Assembly: GCA_951406725.2 (NCBI GenBank) | Contig: OX597820.1 | Span: forward strand, 115,382,001-115,446,000 | DNA: 64,000 bases | Direction: 5' to 3' | From: Octopus vulgaris | Lineage: Eukaryota | In this document: one piece after another, positions 39,277 to 51,856 of the stretch | How positions within the stretch are numbered: position 1 is the first letter of the stretch | Layout of the letters: the number at the start of each line of letters is the position of its first letter | Position numbers and translations under genes: made by a program | The notes under the pieces: model-generated | Databases searched by the model: none | Seen by the model: only the letters and a program-made list of their open reading frames with translations | What the model was told of the DNA's origin: nothing

Positions 39277-40006
39277 AAGAGATGTCTCAAGAATTCAATC
39301 ACTACTACCATCCACAAAGGGTCACTTTTAGGGCACTTGATCATTTAACATACTACTATCATGACACTCCCGCATTCTTCTTCTTCTTCTCTCATCCCCT
39401 TCTTCTTCCCTACCAAGAATTCACAACGACTTCGAACACACAAGAGTAAATAAGAGAGACAGAGACAGGCAAAAACAAGGAAAATGCCCCTTATATTTGA
39501 ATACTATGCAAATATTCTTTTAAAAAAACTTTTCTTTTAGTTTTTCCAAAATTTAATTACAGTTGAAAAAATCTCAATGACTGAAACCGGTACTGAAATG
39601 TTTTTTATAAAATCATTTTAGCATTTTCTACCTTGACTTTTTTCCATATATATATAATGCTTTCAGTGCGAATGGTTTATATAAGGCACCGAGTTTACAA
39701 TCCTGTAAATAATAATAATGGTACTTTTATATACATTCATTCGACAGAAAACAGGCTTTCCTATCCGCGAGGGATAGGAGAGCCTTCTTTTTTCTGTCGA
39801 GGGCTTATATGCCCCGTTATTAAACTATTTTCCTTAGTCATTGCACGGTGATCGCCATAAGCTTTAAGCTTATATAAAAGTACCATTGTGTACTGTATGT
39901 ATGTGTGTGTATGTGTATGTATGTATGTATGTATGTACGTACATACATACATACATACATACATACACACATACATACATACATACACATACATATATAT
40001 GAATGT

Positions 40007-40076
<70 letters not shown>

Positions 40077-40604
40077 GGATAGATGGATAGATAGATATAA
40101 ACTGCTGCAAAGCATTATGTGCCTAAAGCCAGAAAAAGACCCATTGTGCTAGTGACGTAGCGAGAGTGTGTGCCGCCCGAGGCTTCCCCCTCCCTCTTCT
40201 CCTCAAAAAGTACAATAAACAACCCCATAAAAAGTACATTCCAAAAGTGCCGCCCCACAAAAGCGTCCCCTGGGACGGACCACCCTCTCACCCACCCCGC
40301 CACTTTTCTGCATTCAGTCCGATTAGAAGTTCTTGATATCCTAAACTGAAAACGAAAAAGAATGGAACTCTTCACGTAAGAAATAACAAAAAGTATATAC
40401 AATCGAGTTCATTTAGTTTAAGGTGGTTCGTTTGGAACGTTCGTAAGTAAATTGCATTGCGAAACTTCTTGCAAACATTAACTTATTTCATTTTCAAATA
40501 ACTGTTATGCATTGTACGAGAAAATGTTTTATCATTTTGATAACTGTTTTAGCCTTTGTTCTCAGCATACTAAAATGCAGACGTTACAAGAATGGTGGCG
40601 GGAA

Positions 40605-40958
40605 AATATTCTTTTCTACTCTAGGCACAAAACCCGAAATTTTGGGGGAAGGGGGGAGCAGTCGATTAGATCGACCCAGTACACAACTGGTACTTGATTT
40701 CTCGACCCCGAAAGGATGAAAGGCAAAGTCGACCTCAGCGGAATTTGAACTCAGAACGTAAAGACAGACGAAATAACGTTTCTGCCAGCTCGCTGCTTTA
40801 ATAATAATAATTTTCTTTCCTACTCTGGGCACAAGGCCCGAAATTTTGGGGGAGGGGGCCAGTCGATTAGATCGACCCCAGTGCGTAACTGGTACTTAAT
40901 TTATAGACCCCGAAAGGATGAAAAGTAAAGTCGACTTCGGCGGAATTTGAACTCAGAG
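40605..40958 (-). mobile_element. Two SINE family-2 copies with tail B
   Basis: Direct reading. Confidence 0.85.
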
Positions 40959-41456
40959 CAGACGCTGTTTATTTTCATTTATTTATTTATTTTCAGATCC
41001 GCGTAACCTGTAAAATATCAGATCATAATCTTGCTATAATGGTTTTAGTTCGATGTTTCTTTCATGAAATATTTTATGAAAACTTCAATGAATCATGTAA
41101 AAGTCGTTTATGTTTTTTTATCTCATAAAATATTCTCTCTTAAGTAATTCAACGTACAACCATTAAACATTTATTATCCTTTGATAATGCTGCTCTGCTA
41201 ATGCTGTTTATGAAATAAATCCGAGTGCAAGACATGAAACACGACAAAATCGTTATTAAATTAACAATTTTAACGTGATACCATTCACGAAAACTACTTC
41301 TACTGGCAAGCTGCCTTAGTGTTACCTTTCACTTGTTCTTGTTAACACGATTACAAGAAAGTTCTTGTTCATCACGTAAGCAATATAATTTATTTATGTT
41401 CGATTACATTTAAATCGTTTTATTCTTGTATCTAGTGCAAAAATCCGTTTTGAGTA

Positions 41457-41495
<39 letters not shown>

Positions 41496-41525
41496 GTCTT
41501 TTGTCTATTTTCATAAAGCTTCCCG

Positions 41526-41584
<59 letters not shown>

Positions 41585-42972
41585 GCAGGATGTGTGTGTG
41601 TGTGTGAATGTAATATATGCACGTCCACAAATTAGCATGCATGTCGCTCCGATTTTAGGAGGACATTCGTCATGATCCTAGCTGTATTTTCGTCAATTTA
41701 TTTTTCCCAGAGGCACCAGCAAATAGCAGTAAAAGAATTATTTTCAACCAAAACTTTTAACAATTTTCAAGTCGGAGAAATCACCATTGTTTGCAAACAG
41801 GAGTTAAGTCCCCTTCTAGCGACGAGTAAGTTTTTGTTAAGACTTTTGTTTATTTTTTCCATCGAGGAAAAAAGTGTTTTGTTGATATACAGGCAACACA
41901 CACGAACATGTATGCATACAAAAAAACATGTGTGCAATAGGCGTGTGTATGTGTATTGCCCATACATACATACATACATACATACATACATACATACATA
42001 CATACATACATACATACATACATACATACACACACATACATACATACATACATACACACATACATACATACAAACCAATTTCAACGGATTTCGCCCAAAT
42101 TTGACGTTGATGTTACTTAAGTTTGGTTTGAAATAAACAACTTGGTTAGTTTAATAATCCTAACTTAATCCCGGGCAAAGCCGGGTTATACTGCTAATGA
42201 AGAAATGAGTTAGACTATCTCGTAAGCTATTTGGAGGGAGGGAGGAGAAAGACAGACAAAAAAGCTAACTCTGGTATTGCAGTGTTGTTAGGGAGTTCGC
42301 TTTGCAATCACGTGGTTCCGGGTTTGATATAATCATACCGTGTGACAACTTGGGCAAATGGTTTGTTGCCTTTGAGCCAAATTGAGTTTGATGGAAAATA
42401 TACGGCTGTCTGTCGAATGAGCTCAACCTATTTTTGTATATGAGACTTAATCCGACGCCCGATTCACTGCCACCACAAGTCCATTCGGCACTTGAGGCAG
42501 ATTTCTTGTCTAGTAACAACTTCACTTCCTCCGTTCTTCCTACTCTATGGAAGCTCTACATCTGTGTTCCTGAAACTTTTTGTTTTTTTTATCTCATTCT
42601 TCTCAGAAACGCATGCCCCACCATCGAGTGTGTCATGAACACACATACGTCATAGAGACGTTGTTCTCGTTCTAACAACAACGATTAGTATATTCGCGTT
42701 CGACTGTACCGGAACATATTAAAAGTAAACAGGCAAGTCATCGTTTTGATTCTCGGTGTTCGTCGGGAATATGACGATTTATTATTGGTTGGCAGACACC
42801 AGCGTGGATCAGCAAACAGTTTAACACAGAATACACTTTCAGTCATTTGACTGTGGCCATGCTGGAGCACCTCCTTTAGTCGAGCAAATTGACCCCAGGA
42901 CTTATATTCTTTGTAAGCCTAGTACTTATTCTATCGGTCTCTTTTTTTTTTAGATGGGGTAGCGTTACATTA

Positions 42973-43830
42973 CGTGGTTTGATCAATAAGTATCCGGACT
43001 GTTGCCATACTAACGAAACTAAAGCTCGCAGAGTAACGCCGCTTGGCACTACGTTTTAACGTTCTAGCTCACTTCCGCTGTTTACAGCAGTACTTGGAAG
43101 GAAGGTGTGTAGAGTGTGATCGTCGCATTGACCAAAGCAGAGACAGCCGAGCAGAGAATCAAAATTTGCCAAAAGCTTGGCGATATCAGCTCAGAGGCCT
43201 ATGCAAAGTTTTCAAAAAATTTTTCATTGTTCTCGACACAATCAAAGAGTTCTTGTACAACTGAAACTCGAGTGTATTTTTGGTCAGCTGAAACCAGTTT
43301 TGGCACAAACTTGGCAGACATATTGTCTCATAACTAAATCTTCAGTGATAATGGACTGAACTGAACCGTAACTAATCTGCACACCCTCTTATTACTCACG
43401 GATGGTGATTCGACGATTTCCCCTCTCAGCTGCTCGCTCATCTGCAATGTTTTTCTCAGTTCTGCTAGTTGAGGGTCTCCCAGAACGTTCGTCGATATCG
43501 ACATTTTTTCGACCATCTTGGAAACGTCTAAAACACTCGTACACTTGTGTGCCGCTCATACACTCCTCTCCATACGCTTTCTACAACTTTGCATAGGCCT
43601 CTGAACAGGTATCCCCGTGGCAACTTTCTCTATCATGGTCAATGCGATAATCACACGCTACACACCTTCCTTCCAAGCACTGCTGTAAACAGCGAAAGTA
43701 AGCTAGAACGTTCAAACTTAGTGCGCATGCACAGCAGAATCGGATGTCAATCTTTGCCAAGCGGCTTCACTCTGCGTGCTTCAGCTTTGTTACTATGGCA
43801 ACAGTCCGGATACTTATTGACCAGACCTCG
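42973..43830. mobile_element. Mariner derivative made of two inverted 5' ends
   Basis: TA-flanked TIRs cg(a/t)ggt(c/t)tg(g/a)tcaataagtatccggactgttgccata; + arm encodes EQRIKICQKLGDISSEAYAK, - arm encodes YGEECMSGTQVYECFRRFQDGRKNVDIDERSGRPSTS. Confidence 0.9.
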
Positions 43831-43911
43831 TATATCAGTAAATTTGTTATTCACTCTTCGCTTCATGTCGGAGATGATGGATTTCGTTTGTGACTATGAC
43901 TACAGAATACT

Positions 43912-43952
43912 CGTCACTGACAAGGCATAAGAAGGGCGAAACGCGTCAAATG
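43912..43952 (+). ncRNA. Degenerate minimal hammerhead-like motif
   Basis: CTGACAA (G8A) ... GAAACGCGTC with palindromic ACGCGT and GUC site; stems I and II poorly paired. Confidence 0.45.
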
Positions 43953-44559
43953 TTCCTGTGAGTCGCTGCTGACACGATGCTCGCCTCTCTCCGATCTATA
44001 TTGTGTTTATGTAACACATGTCTATGAAAAGATTTTTATCTTAGATGAAAATCTCAGTATCATACCTGTCCAAAGTATATATATATATATATATATATAT
44101 ATGTTATGTTACACAAATGGCGTTTACAAGATAATGTTGTTTCAGTTGTGTACACAGAATTTACAGCAAAAGATTTAATCTTTCACTTCATAATTTCTGC
44201 CACCCCACCATCACACATATACACGCACGTACGCACACGTATGTATGTATGTATGTATGTATGTATGTATGTATGTATGTATGTATGTATGTATGTATGT
44301 ATGTATGTATGTATGTATGTATGAATAACTTATATTCTTTTTCTTTATTGTTTTCTTTTATTGTTTTATTTGTTTCAGTCATTTGACTGCGGCCATGCTG
44401 GAGCATCGCCTTTAGTCGAGCAAATCGACCCCAGGACTTATTCTCTTTTAGCCTAGTACTTATTCTAAAGGAATAAACGGTGTAAAATGCAATCTTCTCA
44501 TCAGGAAAGAAAGAGAGCCTATCTCAACAACAAGACATTATTTACTTATATATATATAT

Positions 44560-44766
44560 AACAATGCAGCAGGGAGTTTTGACAGTGAACAGGTCGCGGT
44601 CTCAAAGCGACGAAAATATTTCGACAAATTAAATTTAAATGTTGAAGTGAATCTAACGGTTTTTGTGTGTTTCTTAAATGGCCTATAAACACCTTCCACG
44701 CTGCAATTGTTTTCGTTCCAGCACACGATCTCAGATCAGGTCACTTGCTATGCAAGTACATCTCCG

Positions 44767-44769
<3 letters not shown>
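44560..44769 (+). mobile_element. Family B short element with G3-C8 hammerhead-like motif
   Basis: tttgaca-GTGAACA-G-GTCGC ggtctcaaa GCGAC-GAA-AATATT-T-cgacaaa at 44578-44628; (TA)n on both sides. Confidence 0.7.
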
Positions 44770-44804
<35 letters not shown>

Positions 44805-45460
44805 CATGACATAATTTCTTATTCCTTTCTCGTTTTAATTTCTTATATATGACTTGTATTTTTCATTGAAAATCATGTTGTTCATATTGGTGTTCAGCTC
44901 CAGGTTAGTCTTGGATAACCTGCGGCTGACTTTGATCAAATGCATTCCAGTTGTGAACACTCCATCTCTATTTTTGACATAATGTATCTAGGACTCCATT
45001 ATGCAGTGTGCTTTAGGGGAATCGTATTTAAACACAACATAATTTGTATGATAAACGAATATAGTCGTACTGTCAAAAATGTCAGTTATTTTAATTATAT
45101 TTTGCAACTGAATTTCCCCTGATAATTGTTGTACTGCTTCATCCTTTTCTCCGCCTTAGGGAAATATCCAAGATGTGCATAAAATGATATACGCGTATGC
45201 ACAGCTGTGTGGGTAAGAGGCTCGCTTTGCAACCACGCGGTTTCCAGTTCAGTCCTACTGTGCGGCACTTTGAGCAAGTATCTTCTACTATCGCTCCCGG
45301 CTGACCGACGCTTTGTGAGTGAATTTGCTGGAAGGAAACTCGACAGAAGCCCTTCGTATATGTGTGTTTGTATGTATGTATGTATGTATGTATGTATGTA
45401 TGTATGTATGTATGTCTTCCCCACTGCTTGCGAAACAGCGTTGGTTTGTTTACATCCGTG

Positions 45461-45693
45461 GGATCTTTTCACTTTGACCGGCAGATTTTTAAAATAATTT
45501 CTTTATAACTAAACACTTTTAAACTTCGTATACTGGTAGTGTTTTACATAAAACATCTTTTTCTCTTGGCTTTCTTGAGATAATTCTGTAGTTTGTAAGC
45601 TATTTGTTAAATTTCTTGCATTTCGGCAATTTCAACCAATCAATGACGTCTATTGAGGTGAATACAATTTCTGCGGTCAAAGTGAAAAGATCC
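45461..45693. mobile_element. Merlin-like MITE inserted in a family-1 SINE
   Basis: Perfect 20-bp TIR GGATCTTTTCACTTTGACCG; exact 8-bp TSD CATCCGTG. Confidence 0.88.
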
Positions 45694-46572
45694 CATCCGT
45701 GTTTTTTTTTTTTTTTCTAACGATCCAACAAAGACAGGCCTATTGAATAGGCACCAGACTTTTAAAAATAAAATCATTTCTGGGATCAAGTTCAATTAAA
45801 ACGTTTCAATGACTGAAATAAAAGACAAAAGCTAGGGATTTCTCCTTTTATTACGGTTAAAATATGTGATATGTGGTTATTGCAAATAAAGGTCAAAAAA
45901 ATTCTGAACGAACTCTTCGCTGGTAATCCAAAAAACTTCGTTCATTGCAAGAGTCAGTTTCCTTCTCTCTGCATGAGTAAGTTTTATGAGAAAACATTCG
46001 AATTATTTGCAATAAAGGGCAGTTCTTGTTGCTAACATAGCAACGGCTGACCAGATTTATTGAAGAGGAGAATATTTTTAGCGTGCTGTGCAGTAATTAA
46101 TAGCAACGAAAACTAGGTCACGTTTGTGTCGCCTGCTTTTCACAAAAATGCGAGAAAAACCAGTGAAATGTGACAGAATGAAGTGTTTGGAAAGTTCTTC
46201 TTTATTTGTTAACAATGGTTTATGTCATTCTTTATTGAACATTCCATAAACTTTTCTAACGAAAGAGAAAAGAAATCCAGTGAGATTGAATCATATTGTT
46301 CTCATACGAATCTCCATCCTTGATACACAAATTTTATATTCTATGAATGTTGTTGAAATAGCAAAATAGCACAAAGAAGTGATTGCTATCTCTTTTACTC
46401 GCTGATCTTTCTCTCCTGCCTCTCTCTCTCTCTTTCTCTCTCCCTCTCTTTCACACACACACACACATAATGAGAGTAAGCAGAAAGAGCGGCAGAGGAG
46501 GGGGGGAGGGAGTAGATGGAGAGATAGAGAGAAATATGCAACACATATGTGTGTGCCGCTATGTGCGTGTGT

Positions 46573-46635
<63 letters not shown>

Positions 46636-47019
46636 CGTGCGTTTGGATGAGAGAGAAAGGCGTGGACACGCGTACGCACACACACTCTCTCTTATACCTC
46701 TATGTAAGCGAAACACAGCACATAATATATAAAATACAAAACTATATACAGCCATTATACCTATATATATATAAGAATACACAGACAAAAGAAGCACAGA
46801 TTTAAAATATTGAAACAGAAAGATAAATTACAAGTAGAACACATGTTTAATAAAATGAATGAAAGAAAGAGAGAAGTAGAGAAAGAGGACACAAAAATAC
46901 AAAGAGAGAACGACGATGGTGAAAAAGTAAATCTGTAATGTTGGAATTAAGTGGATCCGTCTACGTTTGTTCGTCGGGGTAAAAATAAGACGAAGAGATA
47001 AGATTGCAAATATTAAGGT

Positions 47020-47745
47020 GTGTGTGTCTTTGTGTTTGTGTGTCTACGTATGCATGTATGTTTATATGTGCATATATGTATGGATATATATGTATATATA
47101 TGTATGGATATATATATATATATGTGTATATATGTATATGTGTATATATGTATGGATATATATATATATGTATGGATGTATATGTGCATATATGTATGGA
47201 TAATTATGCTTGTGTATGTATGAATGTATGTGTATGTAGAAAGGTACGTATATACGAATGTATATGTGCATATATGAATGTGTGTGTGTGTGTGTGAGTG
47301 CTTCCTCAGTTTAAAGATCCAAACTGAAAGCATGTCACAAGCGATAGAAGCTGGTTCAAATTTCCTTCATAAGATCCATTCATGTCTTCTTTCCTATTTT
47401 TGTGTGTCCTATATATACGTGTGTTATTTATATATATACATACATACATGCATACATACATACATGCATACACAGGTGCATACATATATGTATGTAGATA
47501 AGTGTTATATATTATATCTCTTATACATATATATCATATAATACAGATATGTTATATACATACATACACGCACATACATATATATATATATACATATATA
47601 TGCACGCACATACATATATATATATATACACGCACATACATACATACATATATATATATATACACGTACATACATACATACATATATATATATATACACG
47701 TACATACATACATACATACATATATATATATATACACGTACATAC

Positions 47746-47798
<53 letters not shown>
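47020..47798. repeat. Compound TG/TATG/TACA/TA microsatellite field
   Basis: Direct reading. Confidence 0.9.
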
Positions 47799-47799
<1 letters not shown>

Positions 47800-47998
47800 T
47801 TTATTTAAAGCAGTAGAAAATTCAACAAAACCTGTTACTCTGAGTTTCACGTTGCTGTTCATCGGACAGGCGGCAACGTGAAACTCAGACTAACAGGTTT
47901 TGTTGAATTTTCTGCTGCTTTAAATAAAGCATATTACTCTACCACTGGTATTTGAGTACTCTTTTTTCCACCTTGTTTTACATTTATGTGTTTACTCC

Positions 47999-48000
<2 letters not shown>
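47799..48000. mobile_element. Foldback short element with hammerhead-like motif (minus 47831-47870), in (TA)n
   Basis: 59-bp arms 47799-47857 / 47871-47929; minus strand cctgt-CCGATGA-ac agcaac gt-GAA-ACTCAGAGT-A-acagg. Confidence 0.8.
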
Positions 48001-48034
<34 letters not shown>

Positions 48035-48252
48035 GGTTTCGAGTATATATATACGTATATATGAGTTAGAGGTTAGACAACCATCTAAGGGATAATAAAT
48101 ATCCAATGTACTACTGGATGTATACCTATACATATCCAAATGCTTATTGGTGTAAGGCAATAGTGCCATTGAATAATAGGTATGAGTGGAGGTAAGCAAA
48201 AGTTTAACCAGAATTTATCTTCTCCATTTTCTTCCTTGCTTTTATATATATA

Positions 48253-48636
48253 CTAGCAGTATCGCCCGGCGTTGGTCGGGTTTGTAAGGGAAATAACTAT
48301 ATAAGCATTTTTAGAGAGTTATAGCCAAAAAATAGCAAAAAATGCATTAAAAATGGAAAAAAAATTATGGTAAATTTTTTTTAAATCGTTGACTCATCGT
48401 AGACATTTTTAGAGAGTTACTAACCTTATATAATAGCGAAAAAATGCATTAAAATGGAAAAAATGATGGTAATTTTTTTTTTAAATCGTAGACTCATGCT
48501 AATACCCAGAAGGGCTCGATATGAATCACAACTATAAGATACCCGGTTTTGGTTAAACTGCACCGCAAAATGTGGGAGTAGTTAGGAATCTAAATCGTAG
48601 GAGACAGACACACAACTTGACTTTTATATATAAAGA
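48253..48636 (-). mobile_element. Non-autonomous Helitron
   Basis: Same family as 15088-15391; TC...CTAG ends at an AT site; internal partial duplication. Confidence 0.88.
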
Positions 48637-48793
48637 TATCCAACATTAGGAAATGGAGTAGATAAAATTCAGGCTACATGCTTTTTATACCTTCTACGCA
48701 CTGCTCGCAGCTTATTGGCTTCTTACTCCTTTATTCTCGGGTCTTATCTTTACACACACACAAACACACCCACCCACACATACATACTATATA

Positions 48794-48925
48794 TGTTAGA
48801 CATAAGAAGCATCGGATGTGGCGTGCAAGAGAGGCGTTTGCGTTGGTATGGTCCTGTACTGCGCATGGACGAGGAGAGCCGTGTGAAGAAGTGTCACTCC
48901 CTAATAGTGGAAGGAATCCGGAGTA
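48794..48925 (+). pseudogene. RTE LINE C-terminal fragment
   Basis: VQERRLRWYGPVLRMDEESRVKKCHSLIVEGIR matches the RLRWYGHVLRM motif. Confidence 0.8.
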
Positions 48926-51267
48926 GAAGCCAGTTTTCATTTTTCTGGAAGTAATCTTCCATGTTTTTAAATTAATAGAGCTTCCCTTTCGTGTTTCGAG
49001 CATACAATAGCTATCGAGTGTTTCCTTTATCTTTCGAAGTCATTCATTGAGTCACTCAAGTATTACGAAGCAAAGAATAAGATCAATATAGCTTCCTTCG
49101 GCCAATTTATGTTAGCATAAATCATTCTGTAATTTAAAATCACGGGGCTTTTAAATGGACAGTTAACATGAATTGTCCATTATCAGTTTAAAAATAACCA
49201 TTGTTATTGATTTAATTTATTGAGTGTGTTGTCTGAACAATTCAAATTAATTTCAAAAATTAGAATTTAAATGTTTTTTTTCCTAGATGTTATCTTGAAG
49301 TCAAAACTTTTATTAACGATTTCTTTATTTTCATTAGTATGAATACCATCGTGGAGGCGCAATGGACCAGTGGTTAGGGCAGCGGACTTGCGATCGGAGG
49401 ATTACGGTTTCGATTCCCAGACCGGGCGTTGTATGTGTTTATTGAGCGAAAACACCTAAAAGCTGCACGAGGCTCCGACAGGGATTGGTGGTGACCCCTG
49501 TTGTACTCTTTCGCCACAACTTTCTCACACTCTTTCTTCCTGTTTCTTGAGTAACGCTGCAGGGGGAGGGGGGCATACGCCACAGAAACCGGGAAACCTG
49601 GTTAGGCTTGAAAAGAAAGAACGACTACCATCATTGGTTCCTCTAGAGTACAATGGGCAGCAAGTTGGTGCCACTAGTTTCTGTTGGTGGTAGTTTTTTC
49701 TGAATCTGGTCATGTGATTTTTGTCGGTTATGAATATTTGGCGCCATATATTTTTCGGTCTTCTCAGACATGAGAACATTATTCCAAAATTACTCCATGA
49801 TGAACCGTATCAGATAAATCTAACTGGTTGGTAACAGCTCAAAGTTAACCCATAAAGCGCTGGGGTTTTTTACTTACTGCTTTTTACATTTTTACATGGA
49901 CTGCTGAGCACATTTTTATGAAAATGAGAATACCATGCACACACATAAAAAACCAAAAATAGTTAAAATATCTTCTTAGTATATAATGGTGGCAAGTTTT
50001 ACATCATCAGAAAAGTCATTTGTTGAACTATTAGTCCTCTTGCATTCTGGGGGGTATCGGTGCATTTAAGTGACATTAGACCCCAACAAACACCCATAAA
50101 TTAAATGCATCTATCTTGGCCACGATCGCGGCCTGTGTCGACCTGTGCCTGACAGCCACGATTGTGGTCCGTTGTACTTTATGTGTTAGACAGTTTTAGT
50201 TTTGAGGAAAGAAATAGTCCAATCGTTGGATGCAGTTTCGTCTATGTTGAGGCTATGGGCCTACCAAGAGTTAATGCAAAGCTGTGTGGTTAAGAAGCTC
50301 GATTTGTTCCCCTAAACCCTTTGAAGCAGTGTCCCAGAATGGTCGCAGCTCAAATTACTGTAGCAAGTAACAGTTAAAAGACATAGGACATTGAAAATTA
50401 ATTACTCACGCCTCGGTACCTTCACCGTACTTCACCTATAGTAAGAGGCGAACTGTTTCAGCTGGTATTTTCGCTTTTGAGGTACGCTCACGTCTCAACT
50501 AGTTGTTGTCCCACCTACACATGAGAGTAAAAAAAGAGAACGCATCACTGCTTCGAATTGAGATTCAATCTAAATTTACTCTGTTGTCTCTCTCTTTCTC
50601 TTTCTTATTCTCTTCCCCTTCTCACAAAGAATATCATAGCACAAGTAACAGAGTAAGAAGATAGACAACAATAAGGAACCGGATATATCTTTTAGAATAT
50701 GATAAAAAAGAAAAAAAAGGTTTGTTATCAGAAAAAGCAAAAGCACTGAAAAGTCGTGTTAGATGAGATATCAGTAAGAGAGAGAAAATAAGAAAACAAA
50801 AAACTGTTGGCATTTGGGAAGAAATATATTTTGGCAGGAAAAACAAACGAGCAACAACAGAAATAAACCGAACCGCAAATGAAAACCCCAGAAATGCAAG
50901 AGTAAATAGTAAGGAGTAAAATATGTACCCTTGTCAAGGATTTGTTGTTAAATCTAAGATCAGATGATGATGATAGGGAACAACGATATATAGTAACAAA
51001 CTGACAACCTAGAAACATACATTCATAAACAGAAGAATTACAGAATACAAAGAGCCACGTTGAATAATATTCAACAGCGAATCAGGCCATAATATTGTGA
51101 GTGACATGCAGTGAATCTCACATTACATCAGAAAGGTGAGGTTCATTACATGATATAAACGCCAACTGAAAGCGATGCAAAGGTCACATTCGTAATATCA
51201 AATGTTATTTGATCTACTCAAATCAAGTGAATCAACACGTAAAATATTTCTTGCAAACATAAAATAT

Positions 51268-51856
51268 TTATTTCTTTATTGCCCACGGGGGCGGGGGAGG
51301 CTAAACATGGAGGAGACAAACAAGGACAGACAAAGGGATTAAGTCCCCAGTGCATAACTGGTACTTATTTAATCGACCCCAAAAGGATGAAAGGCACAGT
51401 CAACCTCGGTGGAATTTGAACTCAGAACGTAACAGCAGATGAAAAACCGTTAAGCATTTCGCCAGGTGTACTTACGATACTTTTCTACTTTTGGGGAAGT
51501 GGCCAGTTGATTAGGTCGACTCCAGTACACAACTGATACTTAATTTATCGACCCCGAAAGGATGAAAGGCAAAGTCGACCTCGGCAGAATTTGAACTCAG
51601 AACGTAGCGGCAGACGAAATACCTATTTCTTTACTACCCACAAGGGGCTAAACACAGAAAGGACAAAGAAGGACAGACAAACGGATTAAGTCGATTATAT
51701 CGACCCCAGTGCGTAACTGGTACTTATTTAATCGACCCCGAAAGGATGAAAGGCAAAGTCGACCTCGGCGGAATTTGAACTCAGAACGTAACGGCAGACG
51801 AAAAACCGCTAAGCATTTCGCCTGGCGTGCTAACGATTCTGCCAGCTCACCGCCCT
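51268..51856 (-). mobile_element. SINE family 2 cluster
   Basis: A monomer plus a head-tail A-tail B dimer; further copies at about 51980-52130, 53010-53330 and 54015-54250. Confidence 0.88.
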
